A DNA stretch of 64,000 nt from Mytilus trossulus (lineage: Eukaryota): positions 25,358,001 to 25,422,000 of the forward strand of contig NC_086381.1 in NCBI RefSeq assembly GCF_036588685.1. The letters run 5' to 3'. Positions within the stretch are counted from its first letter, which is position 1. Each line of letters begins with the position of its first letter. This document shows positions 14,221 to 26,500 of this stretch, in pieces. The notes below the pieces were generated by a model, which made no database searches, was not told the DNA's origin, and saw nothing but the letters and a program-made list of their open reading frames with translations. Position numbers and translations under genes: made by a program.

Positions 14221-17200
14221 ATGAAAGCTCTTTATCAGTTCAAAGAAGAAGGAATAGATGAACCTTTGATTTATTTTGAAGACTTTTACGAATTTATTAG
14301 GGAAAGACAAACGCCTGATGATAAAAAACTGCACAAGCACAATGTGCTAAGGGAGTTTAAAGGTCACAAAGAGGGAATCAAAGACCTTACTCATGGCAAA
14401 GCAGTGACAACAACATCAGTGTCTAAATTTATATTTAATCATTTTGATGACTTTAAGATATGCACAGAAATAGGCACTGATATAAGCAACTGCTTCTTTT
14501 CTGAGAAACTAGAGGCTCTAAAGAGCCTGTGTCGCTCACCTTGGTCTATGTGCATATTAAACAAAGGACACAAATGGATTCATGACAAAATTGTATTTTG
14601 GTGATGGTGATGTGTTTGAAGTTCTTACTTTACTGAACGATTTTGCTTCTTACAATTATATCTATCATGAACTTTGCCCATTAGTAACAGAGAACTATAT
14701 TTGGTAAAAATTTACATAAATTTACCAAATTAATGAAAATTGTCAAAAATTGACTATAAAGGGCAATAACTCCTTAAGGGGTCAATTGACCATTTAGGTC
14801 ATGTTGACTTATTTGTAGATCTTACTTTGCTGAACATTATTGCTGTTTACAGTTTATCGCTATCTATAATAGTATTCAAGATAACCAAAAACGGCAAAAT
14901 TTCTTTAAAAATTACCAATTGGAGGGCAGCAACCCAACAACCAGTTGTCCAATTCATCTGAAAAATTCAGGGCAGATAGATATTGACTTGATTAACAAAT
15001 TAACTTCTTGTCAGATTTGCTCTAGATGCTTTGGTTTCATAGTTATGAGCAAAAATCTGCATTTTACCCCTATGTTCAATTTTAGCCGTGGCGGCCATCT
15101 TGGTTGAATGGCCAGGTCATCGGACACATTTTTCAAACTAGATACCCCAAAGATGATTGTGGCCTAGTAGTTTCAGTGGAGATTTTGTAAAAGATTACTT
15201 AGATTTATGAAAAATGGTTAAAGATTGACTATAAAGGGCAATAACTCCTAAAGGGGTCAACTGACCATTTTGGTCATGTTGACTTGTTTGTAGATCTTAC
15301 TTTGCTGAACATTATTGCTGTTTACAATTTATCTCTATCTATAATAATATTCAAGATAATAACCAAAAACAGCAAAATTTCCTCAAAATTACCAATTCAG
15401 GGGCAGCAACCCAACAACCGATTGACCGATTCATCTGAAAATTTCAGGGCAGATAGTTCTTGACCTGATAAACATTTTTATCCCATGTCAGATTTCCTCA
15501 AAATGCTTTGGTTTTTGAGTTATAAGCCAAAAACTGCATTTTACCCCTATGTTCTATTTTTAGCGGTGGCGGCCATCTTGGTTGGTTGACCAGGTCACGC
15601 CACACATTTTTTAAACTAGATACCCCAAAGATGATTGTGGCCAAGTTTGGATTAATTTGGCCAAGTAGTTTCAGAGGAGAAGATTTTTGTAAAAGATTAC
15701 TTTAATTTATGAAAAATGGTTAAAAATTGACTATAAAGGGCAATAACTCCTAAACGGGTCAACTGACCATTTTGGTCATGTTGACTTATTTGTAGATCTT
15801 ACTTTGCTGAACATTATTGCTGTTTACAGTTTATCTCTATCTATAATAATATTCAAGATAATAACCAAAAACAGCAAAATTTCCTCAAAATTACCAATTC
15901 AGGGGCAGCAACCCAACAACCGATTGACCGATTCATCTGAAAATTTTAGGGCAGATAGATCTTGACCTGATAAACATTTTTATCCCATGTCAGATTTCCT
16001 CAAAATGCTTTGGTTTTTGAGTTATAAGCCAAAAACTGCATTTTACCCCTTTGTTCTATTTTTAGCCGTGGCGGCCATCTTGGTTGGTTGACCAGGTCAC
16101 GCCACACATTTTTTAAACTAGATACCCCAAAGATGATTGTGGCCAAGTTTGGATTAATTTGGCCAAGTAGTTTCAGAGGAGAAGATTTTTGTAAAAGACT
16201 ACTTTAATTAACGAAAAATGGTTAAAAATTGACTATAAAGGGCAATAACTCATAAACGGGTCAACTGACCATTTTGGTCATGTTGACTTATTTGTAGATC
16301 TTACTTTGCTGAACATTATTGCTGTTTACAGTTTATCTCTAACTATAATAATATTCAAGATAATAACCAAAAACAGCAAAATTTCTTCAAAATTACCAAT
16401 TCAGGGGCAGCAACCCAACAACCGATTGACCGATTCATCTGAAAATTTCAGGGCAGATAGATCTTGACCTGATAAACATTTTTACCCCATGTCAGATTTG
16501 CTCTAAATGCTTTGGTTTTTGAGTTATAAGCCAAAAACTGCATTTTACCCCTATGTTCTATTTTCAGCCGTGGCGGCCATCTTGGTTGGTTGACCGGGTC
16601 ACGCCACACATTTTTTAAACTAGATACCCCAATGATGATTGTGGCCAAGTTTGGTTTGATTTGGCCCAGTAGTTTCAGAGGAGAAGATTTTTGTAAAAGT
16701 TAACGACGACGGACGACGACGGACGACGGACGCCAAGTGATGAGAAAAGCTCACTTGGCCCTTCGGGCCAGGTGAGCTAAAAAAGGACTAACACCAAAAC
16801 ACTGCTAGATTTGTACAAGTCTGTTGCTGAAGTTGATCTCAACTGTTTTAATGACCCAGAATTTAGAGATGTATATGTTCCTACACTGGCAATTAATTAG
16901 TAAGCATGTTTCTCGATTCCTTAATACAAGACACAATGTCAATGTCAGTAAAATTATGTTTCTTTCACAAGATTCATTGCCAAATTATACACAAGAAAAC
17001 AATGACACAGCACGTTTTCATTTGCGAGATGATATTTTCCTGGGAAAGCTTACAGAATCTGTTCTCCACATAGAAACACCAGCACAAGTTGACGTTCTAG
17101 AAACAAACACCTATAAATGTGATGTGTGCCACACAACTTCCCTGCCAAAGCCACTCAGTATTAAGGACTTCTCCGTTGTGCAAGAGTGGTATCTAGATGT

Positions 17201-20200
17201 TCCTTTAGATGTTCAAATTCTATTTCAAACCTTCATTAACAAAATGTCCTTTCGAAAATCAAAACACAATGATTTATTGACAACGAAATTAGATAGAGTG
17301 TATGGGCTGTGTGATGCAATGCTGAATACATTTAACAGGACTTATATTGGAATTTTACAACAAGCCAACACTGACGAACTTGCAATGCATTTTAAAAGTA
17401 TCACCTCCGTATTTTCTATTACAAACAGTACAGGTATATCTACCAGTCTGAATCAAGCAGAGCGAAAAATCAAGGAAAGAACGGTAAACGACTTATGCTA
17501 TTACAATACATATTTAAAGCGTTATCCACTAAGATATGAGACACAGGACGGTGAACTTGAAAATTTGGTCAGTTTGCAGGAGTGTCATCTGATACTGATG
17601 ATGGATAATTTAGTAAGACTGATAACCTATTCCGACCCAAACCCTGGTGAAAATAGGACAGGACAAGTTTGTACCCTGCCACTTACCCTCCAAGGCCTTC
17701 CAAAAGACAATGTCATAACTGACAAATGGCACCTTGAAAATTGCAACAAAACAGACAGATGTCTCTGCAAGAATGCAACCACACTGACAAAGAATGATTT
17801 TGATTTATCACTCATTTCATTGAAACCCGACGAAAAAGAAGTGTGGGATAGATTTAGTCAAGTCCTGACATGGGGAAATATTTCACTTTGGAAAAGACTT
17901 AGGGAAAGTAAGCATATTTTTAACAAATAAAGATGAAAAAGAAACGAACAGATTCAAAAGAAATATGTTTTCATCTCTTTTTACTTTTCTTACATATATC
18001 TAATGATAACATGATGACAGACATGACAATGAAGTTATTTTCTTTTCTATTTTCAAAACAGACAACAAATGCAATATAGAAAGACTTTCATTAGCTAATG
18101 TGTTGCAGCATTGTTGCAAATAGACATACTATTAGCTGAAATACACAATCGAAAATATGAAATTATCTTATCTACAGCAACAACAACGACAATAGCAGGA
18201 ACACAAAAACTGAAAACAATTATAAGGAGGAAAATGCAACATCATGATTAGGCATAATACAAAGCACTTAATAACAAATTATAGTTTACAAAAAAACAAA
18301 ACACTTTAAAAAAGGAATTGTAAATCAGACATTTTCATGATCTTAGAGCGTAAGCAATGTTTCCCCCTCAAATGTTTTCTAGCATTGTTTTGCTGTCATA
18401 TTAAAATCTGGTTATTAGTTATACTAAATGATAGGTTATGAATGACAATTAGAATAACAAATAGATACAGAGTATTTCTTGTAATTGTTGATTTATTTCT
18501 TTTAGCAAATTTGATTGATATCGCCCCAAAAAGTATGACGACAGAAGAAGAAATAGTACAAGGTGAAGAAGAAGAAATAATGGACTCTGAAGAAAATGAG
18601 GATAACTTATCAGACCTGGTAATATTTCATATTCTAGCATGCCTACTCAATGTACTAAGGTGTAGAGGTACTATTTATGAGAACCTGCTTGACATCATAC
18701 CTAAAAGGAAAACTATAGTACCTTTACTTGCAGTATCTTTTTTTTCAACATAATTTAGACATATTCAAAACTCAATATAAAATTAAACTCAATATCAACT
18801 TGAAAATATGTACATGTTAACATGATTTTAGCCTCCCCCTAAAACAAAGCTGATTTTTACAATTTCTTAATTTTTTTAAAATTGCAATCTGTCAAACTAA
18901 AGTCTGAGGCAGTCAGAGTCCCTGTTCAAATATGTTTCATTTCTTCCAATATGACATCCCTCTTGAGTGTCATCTATGATTCAGTTTTGATAAGATTCAG
19001 CTGAAATCTGTATACCTTGAATGAAAAGATGACACCTTTTTATTTTAAATTGCAGAATTATTAAAATTTAGTTATACGGTTCGCTAAATAGAACTTCAAG
19101 TCAAACAAGTATGCAATTTTGATGTGACTTGCTTAAGTATGGATAAAAAAGATAATTGTTTAGCCATGTCAATAGGACAGCAACATCATGATTCAGTTTA
19201 AATAAGAAGTAATCTGTCATACTGATATTTCTTTTTATTTATTTTAGTTGGACTTGGAACCTGATGAACTGGATATGATCCAGTATGAGAGTACTGAACA
19301 AGAAACAACAGAAACTATGTTTCTTGAAGCAGAAACGTCTGATCATGAAGATTGTACTGACCCAGAAGAAGAAAACTTAGGTTCATTACTAGAGACAGCA
19401 AACTTGTTGTCTTACACATCAAAATTATTGATAACGAAATAAATGATCATGATTTATCAGGTATATATGAGCTCACTATGGATGAAGAGGAACTAGAACT
19501 GTCATTTGGGAACATGTCATTGGACAACCAAACTTCGAAAAGCAACAACAGTCTCACCTCAACGGATGAGTCAAACGTCTTAAATTTGTTTGGTTTCAAG
19601 AAATTTAAAGTGCCGCCTTTGTTGTGCCGACATCCACCACCTGCAACTGGCAGGGATGACGACATTTATAAATTGAAAGATATCATGGATGACGTCATTG
19701 TAAGGGCGTATAAACGTTCCACACGAAGGAGTTGATAGAATACTGTTTGGCCCAGACAATAAAATAGGTGCAAATCTACTAGAAATTGTTAAAGATCCAA
19801 GATACAACCATTTCTTACCAGAATTTCCTCTCCTTCATTTGAGGAAGTCAAAAATAAACACCCTTTTCAGTTCATACAAAGATACAGGACTACTTCAACT
19901 ACTGATGTACATGTGTGATGAAGAGAAAAAGGAATGGCCAAAACTAATATCCATGGATCACATAGATGTTGCAACAAAATATGTCCGCCGACTGTCATTG
20001 TCTTTTCACATATCATTTATGTGCAGATTTCTACAAAGTTTAGAGCCAGAGGAAGCACTGGCTGTCATTGATATGCTAGAAGAAGGGAAAATTGAAGAAA
20101 CTTCTAGGTTATGGAGTAGTAAGTTTCAGGATTTTATGAATACGGGTATAACTCAAAATTGCACATTTGCTCTGCATGCAGACATGATGCAACACTGTGA

Positions 20201-22580
20201 TGAAGTTGTTGCTGTCTACCTTTCAGAAAGATTGGGTGGAAATACAGGCTACAATTTACTTCTTGGAGCTGTAAAAAGGTCCCTTCCCTTCTCATTTCTG
20301 AATGGTGCATCTTCTTACGGCCCATATTGTGCTCAGTTACTTATTCAACATTACAGTGCAGGACATTTCCATCAGTGTCTCAAAAAAGCACTCTACTCCA
20401 CACCTATCGGGAACAGCTCGGTAAATTTTGCCTGTGATTCTAAAAGAGAGATGGATCATCAAGATGCCCTCCGAGGATTCAGATCAGGATCATCAATGAC
20501 ATCTGTTATAGGTCGTATGTCACTAATAGATTCTTTTAATGAAACTCATCAAATAAGATCAAAGAGTCATACAAACTCCAAAGAAGACTCAAATGTGGAC
20601 TGGGCTTTATCAGAAACTGACCTGCATCATATTATTCCAACAGTTGCTCTGATACTTCGACGTAATGGTTTGTGTTTAGAGGAAAATAATTATCCAGAAA
20701 ATGTTTACACGTCAGAAAAACTTGTACTGTCACCATGTGTATTAGATAATACAACATCAGATATAGGAAAATACCTGATAAAACGCTATCTAGCAAACAA
20801 TAGCTTCCTAGGAATGACTATGGATGACATACCTGAACTTAATGAAACTAGTGGACCGGCCTCTTTTGTCAGAAGGGTAAAACGTTCAAAAGGAGTAACA
20901 ATCAAAAGAACTGCAGAAAAAGTGACACTTCAAACCAAAACGGAACGTCAGGTGAAGGAGGAAAACAGAAAAGCATTACTAAAAAGAGAAATGCAGAGGG
21001 CAAGTTTTCTTAGTTCTGAAATGAACATGTGCCAAGCATTAGTTAAACCAGACTGTACAAAGCCAAAGGTGATGAAGTCCAAAGGAATGCAGCAAGCACT
21101 GGTGAATTTATTACAGGAATTAAAATGCCAACAAAACCTTATTTCGCTTAATCTGAAGTCAGTACCAAAAGAAATCACTACCACAGTGGAACTTGTGACA
21201 ATAGAATTCGCTGGTGTTAAATTTTAAACGAAGGTTACCTCAGACATACAGTATATAAAATATGTTCAAAATGCAGTTATAAAACCAATCCTTCGACAAT
21301 TCCCAACAGCAGAAAGACTTATACTTTGTGAGGAAAAATATTCCTTTACGCCAGATACCTTCAAGGCAGCTACACACCAACAGAGAAATTTAAAAAAAAA
21401 AGCAACCATTGCTCATCTGAGAACATCCCATGAGATGATAAACCAGAATCAATTTCGAAAAGAAGATATTGTGACTACCAGAGAAGGAAATACCATCATG
21501 AGTACTTATTTGGCTGCTAATGCGAATCAACTTGAAATAGGGGCTGATTTTATTCTCGATATTGACAGTGAATTGAATATGAAGGTTGTTCCATGTGAAC
21601 ATAGTGTAGAATGCATATGTCAAAACTATACTATACCAATACAATGCTCATTCAAGAAAACGTGTCCTAAGCCAATTATACAAGATCTAAATGACATACA
21701 CCAAAGAAAAGGTGAAGCTGAAATGTCTCAGGTTGACTGGTTGTGTATTTGCAAAGCAGGGCTTTCTCCGTCAAAAGCAGCATGTAGCATTGTGACATCA
21801 GGAGATATAGATGCCATTCCGATTCATATGTTTGCACTTTCAGACAACTGGCCCTTTGCACAAGGGAAATATAGCCACCCAGTATTTGTCGTATTACAGA
21901 AACCAAACAAAAAGATTGATGTTTACAATATAATGTCTTTAATAGAATTCTTTCACAGCCATTTTGAAGATGTTGACATTGCAAAAAAAAATTCTACTGT
22001 ACTCTGCATGGGTGGGAATGATTTTATTCCTAAATTTTATGGAATTTCTCATCAGAAAATGCTTAATTTGTTCCTTAATAATGATTTCTTCCGAACAAAT
22101 TTACTTCAAAAGGATAACAGAAACATCTACCAAATTGATACTCCAACCTATAAGATGTTTATGAAGAAGTTATATTGTCCAAAAACCATGAATTCAGAGA
22201 GTTCCTTTGATGATGTGCGAAAAGCAACTATGATTAGTAAACACAAAAACCAGAACACTGACCTCGTATACAGCAAGTCTTTGAGGAGTGGACAGTTGTG
22301 GTTGCCACCGGAGTCAGCAATTGAAAGGATTGCTGATATAATCAACCTGCAAATAGAGTATCTGTCTACTGCTGGAAACCCTATGGATTTATTACCAAAC
22401 TTCCTAGGAAAAGACTGTCTACGTAAGACCGAAGACAACGAAGTAGAATATTACTTTGGTCCAGATAGTAAAGGGAATGTAAGTGAAATAATTGGCCAAA
22501 AGAGGCGTATGGAAGACACACCACAAAAAGGAAGAAGAAAAAAAAGAATGACCACATCTACGCCTGTTAAATCCAAGTAG
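14221..22580 (+). pseudogene. Divergent Academ-like transposase fused to a C-terminal XPG/XRN-like (PIN/FEN-fold) 5'-nuclease; spliced and disrupted
   Basis: Reconstructed from 14221-14506, [HINE], ~16783-17907, exon ~18505-18618 and 19248-22580. Frameshifts at ~16880, ~19421 and ~19708; one in-frame TAA at 21225-21227 (ORFs 19839 and 21435 share a frame). Motifs in Academ order: LMMDNL, ILFGPDNK, FPLLH, ERLG...LLL.AVKRSLPF...SSYGPY, FACDSKREMD; then TIEFAG, LILCEEKY...KAATHQQR, GEAE, TSGDIDA, GGNDFIPKFYG, WLPPESA; basic NLS-like C-terminus. Confidence 0.7.
14507..16782 (-). mobile_element. HINE/DINE-1-like non-autonomous Helentron, copy 1 (4 internal ~480-500-bp units), inserted in the Academ-like ORF
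   Basis: Minus-strand start TTTTTAGCTCACCTGGCCCGAAGGGCCAAGTGAGCT (subTIR plus inverted repeat), (CGT/CCGT) microsatellite, tandem units from ~14750, 15226, 15728, 16229, and end GGTGAGCGACACAGGCTCTTTAGAGCCTCTAGTT (subTIR plus hairpin). Inserted in an A/T run with no TSD. Confidence 0.85.
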
Positions 22581-23547
22581 TCAGTTGCTTTGAATGCTCT
22601 TTGTTTAGATGAAGAATGGACCTTTCCTGAAAAGTTCTAATTATATGTGTTCATTTTCATAATGATAAAGCTATATGGTTTATTTACTTCAAATTGTCAT
22701 TATATACTTATAGGATAATTGTTACAGGTATCAAAACTTTTTTTTGATTAAGTGGATCTACATAGAAGAATTAAACTAAAACAACAAGTTAAAATGCAAG
22801 ATCTTATGTTTTACCTTTACATAGAATTATCAATATTATTACAATTTAAAATTTGCATTTTTGTCAGCAATAGGGTATTCCTAAATCTTTGAAAACATTT
22901 TTAGTATTATTTGGGTATTTATTTCAATTGTTCATTTACATTGTAAAAGATGTTTTTATACTTAATAGGAATGTAATATGTGTTGCTGGACAATAAACAT
23001 ATTAAATTATGCAATCAATCAATTTTTCATTTTCACCTTGTTTTTATTCAAAGAAAAATATGGTTTATCATTGTTAACTTTTTATGCCATATATATATGA
23101 TATATTTTTATTAGATTATGTATAATAATTCAATTTCATTGTTTGTTCATGTTGGTTATAATTTGCATGTACATTAAAGATATAAAATATATTTCAAACA
23201 TGAAAGTGGTTGTTAATTTCTCTGTTAAATGACTTTATTTTCTAGTTCAGCTTCAAAATTCAAATTATACCTTTTTTTTTTAAATAAACTTAACACATAA
23301 TTTATTAAATAGGACACAATTAAGAATCATTGATGTGTATTTACTATTAATACATTTGGCCAACAATTATCACTTCAAAATCAGGTTAACAAAACATGTG
23401 GTTTCTGTCAACTTGCAAATTTTAATTGAAATGACAGTTTAATTTGTATTTATGGTATTTTCTAAGTGATGCAGATGATAAGCCCAACATCATTTTGATG
23501 TGTTTTCTCGGGCATAGTTGCTGGACTGAACTTAATTTATTTTTTAG

Positions 23548-26500
23548 GGTCAAGCGCAGAAATGTTTATATGGCACTTATACAGCATCCCCTCAAACCTC
23601 ACCCATGACAGAAAAGGAATACAAAGTGTATAAGCCTTTGACCAAATTGTTTCAAGATTCAGTAAGTATTACATTGTACATCAACATGAAGTGCAGCTAT
23701 ACAATTGATTTGAAAATACTTTTGGAACATATGTTCTTCTGGAAAGCTGATACTTTGACATAATAGTTAAAGTGCATTTTTATCTTTGTATAAGAGTATT
23801 TTTCCTATGTGATTAATAAAAATTTTGATATATACATTTGAAATGTTTGATTTGTTTTTTAAAACAATATTTATGTGACAATTAAAATAATGACTTTTTT
23901 ATTTTTGTCATTTAGTTAAGGTCTATTTAACTGTGAATTTATACATATCTTCTTGATTTATTTGATAGGGTGAAGGACAGAAGTTTCAATTTGGGAGCAT
24001 GTACCAGCCTCCGCCTCAGGCAGTATCTGAAAAAAGAATTGGACAGAATCAGACCATCCCAAAACAGCTGTTTCAAGATTTAGTAAGTATAAGATCAATA
24101 TTAAGTGCAGCCTAAACCAGTGAAATGAAAGTACTTTTCTAATAAGAAAAATATGCTTATACTTTGAAAAAATAGAAAGAGTGCATTTTTTTTTTTTTAT
24201 CAAAAATGACTTTCATTATACAAGAACATTTTTCCTTGTTGATTATGAAAACTTTGATACTCCAAAATGTTCATCTTTTGCTTTATTTTTTTTTAGTAGA
24301 AGCAAACAAAATAATGGCTTTATATTTTATTTTAATATAATATACTTGATTGATGTAGTGTATGATTAATTGTTTCAGGGTGAAGAATCAAGACAAAAAT
24401 CACAAGGTAATAAATTAAGTCACTACAGTAGATAACAATTAACTTCTGTTTCATTGATTGTAGCTGTATATATCTTTCTTAACAAAAAACAAACTGACAT
24501 CTAATCAAAGTATTACTTGACTGAAGTTGTTAGTTAAACAGTTACAATGCAAAAGTTTATATGATATTTATTTAACTAATCAGCAATTTTTGTTTATGTT
24601 TCATAAACAAAAATTGCTATAATCAAATAACATTGTGTCTAAATGATTAATACATGTTCTATATTTTTTTTTTAAACTGTTTTAGGAAAAATGGCCATTA
24701 GCATAAAGGAGACTTTACAACAGCGACAATGGTCGCTCATTCCAAAATTAAAAGGGGCACCTGCCCTAGCAAGGGAACTCTTAAAGAAGATGGTGCCAGA
24801 GGAAGAACTTTTTCAAGCTTCTTTTTCTGGCAAAAACAAAGATGGAAATAAACTGGATGATGTCCAGATGGAAATGATAAAAGGTAAAGAGAAAATATTT
24901 ATTAATGCATCTAGTTTTATAAGCTGTAAATTTAACCAAAAACACTCATGTGTACATGTATGACCTGTTCAAATAATCCTCTAGCCATTCCTACATCTAA
25001 TTTAAAAAGAAGATGTGGTATGATTGCCAATGAGAGAACTCTCCAAAGGAGACCAAAATGAAAGAAATTAACAATTATAGGTATTTGTATGACATTCAAC
25101 AATGATCATAGTCCATACAGCATAGTCAGCTATAAAAGGCCCAGAAATGTCAATGTAAAACAATTTAGCCCATTTAATTGCACCAAATGATGTTGGATTA
25201 AGCTAAACCACTTATAAAACTCCAAATTTTCAAATAAATCTGTCACTTTAATTAAATGTCTGTTTGTTGATGAATACCACACGTTTTTTTGATAATAGGT
25301 CAAAATTGTTGCATGAAGGATATAGTGTTTTGACATTTTATGTGACTGTTTATTTTATCTTCTATTATAAATCACCGGATTATAAATACTACGCAGTTTT
25401 TAACCTACAGCAGAGAATCTGACATTGTAAACAATAAGGCAATTAAATATCATCTGGTTTCTATCTTTCATACTTTTCTATGTATGTATCTATGAAATAG
25501 TTCAGTTTAATAAAATGTAGCTATAGAAGCAGTCACGTTTATTTAGTATAGTTGTGTTATATATATAAGAACCCAAATGCAGTTATAAATACACAACAGT
25601 TTGGCGACGAGGATGGGATATTAATTGTCTTTAATTCAAAGGACTTTTTCGAAAATAATTTTCTGTGAAATTACCTTGGTTAATTAGACAATGGCGGGAT
25701 ATATAGGGAAAATAGAGCCGTTTGATGATAGTACAGAAACGTGGAGTTCGTACGTTGAAAGACTGGAACAATATTTTGCAGTGAACGCACTTGAAAATGA
25801 GAAGAAGGTTCCAGCTTTATTGACATTATTAGGTGGGAAAACCTATGGACTTCTTAGAAATTTGACTTTACCGGATAAACCCGCAACTAAATCGTATGAC
25901 GATATTGTAAAGTTATTGAAAGACCATTTAAGTCCGAAACCATTGATTGTCGCAGAGAGATTTCGTTTTTATAAACGTTATCAAATACAAGGAGAAACTG
26001 TAAATAAATATGTAGCAGAACTTAGAAAGTTTGCCGAATATTGTGAATTTGGGAACTTAAATGAATCTTTAAGAGACCAGTTTGTGGTTGGACTTAAAGA
26101 TGAACAGACACAAAAGAAACTGTTAACTGTGCCGGACTTAACTTTTGTGAAAGCTATCGGAATTGCTATAGCCGTAGAGACTGCAAACAAAGATGCAATT
26201 GAGTTAAGAGGGAAATTCCACACCGAAAGTTCTGTAAACAGGATACAACGACAGCAACGTATTAAAACCGCCACCAAGAAAAACAGATAGACAAAAATCG
26301 TTCGTATGCTACCGATGTAATGGAAAGAATCACAAAGCAGATACATGTAGATTTAAAGACGCGGTGTGTCACAGCTGTAATAAAAAAGGGCACATTCGTA
26401 AAGCGTGTAGATCATCCGGTAAACCGAAACAAAGACCGGCGCAAAAGAATGTTAATTCCTTGGATAATCAATCACGGGAATACACAAGTGATGAGGATGA

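Noticed and set aside
21435-22580. Stand-alone host XRN1/2 exoribonuclease gene
   Set aside because: It is in frame with the upstream transposase-like region, separated by one TAA, and shares only short motifs with XRN.
12810-23547. TIRs/TSD delimiting the Academ-like gene as an independent insertion
   Set aside because: No convincing inverted repeat found by eye between 12.8-14.2 kb and 22.6-23.5 kb; a computed search could still find one.
26250-26300. Programmed gag-pol ribosomal frameshift
   Set aside because: The +1 shift lies before the Gag zinc knuckles, and Mag-type elements usually have one ORF. A 1-nt insertion or sequencing error is more likely.
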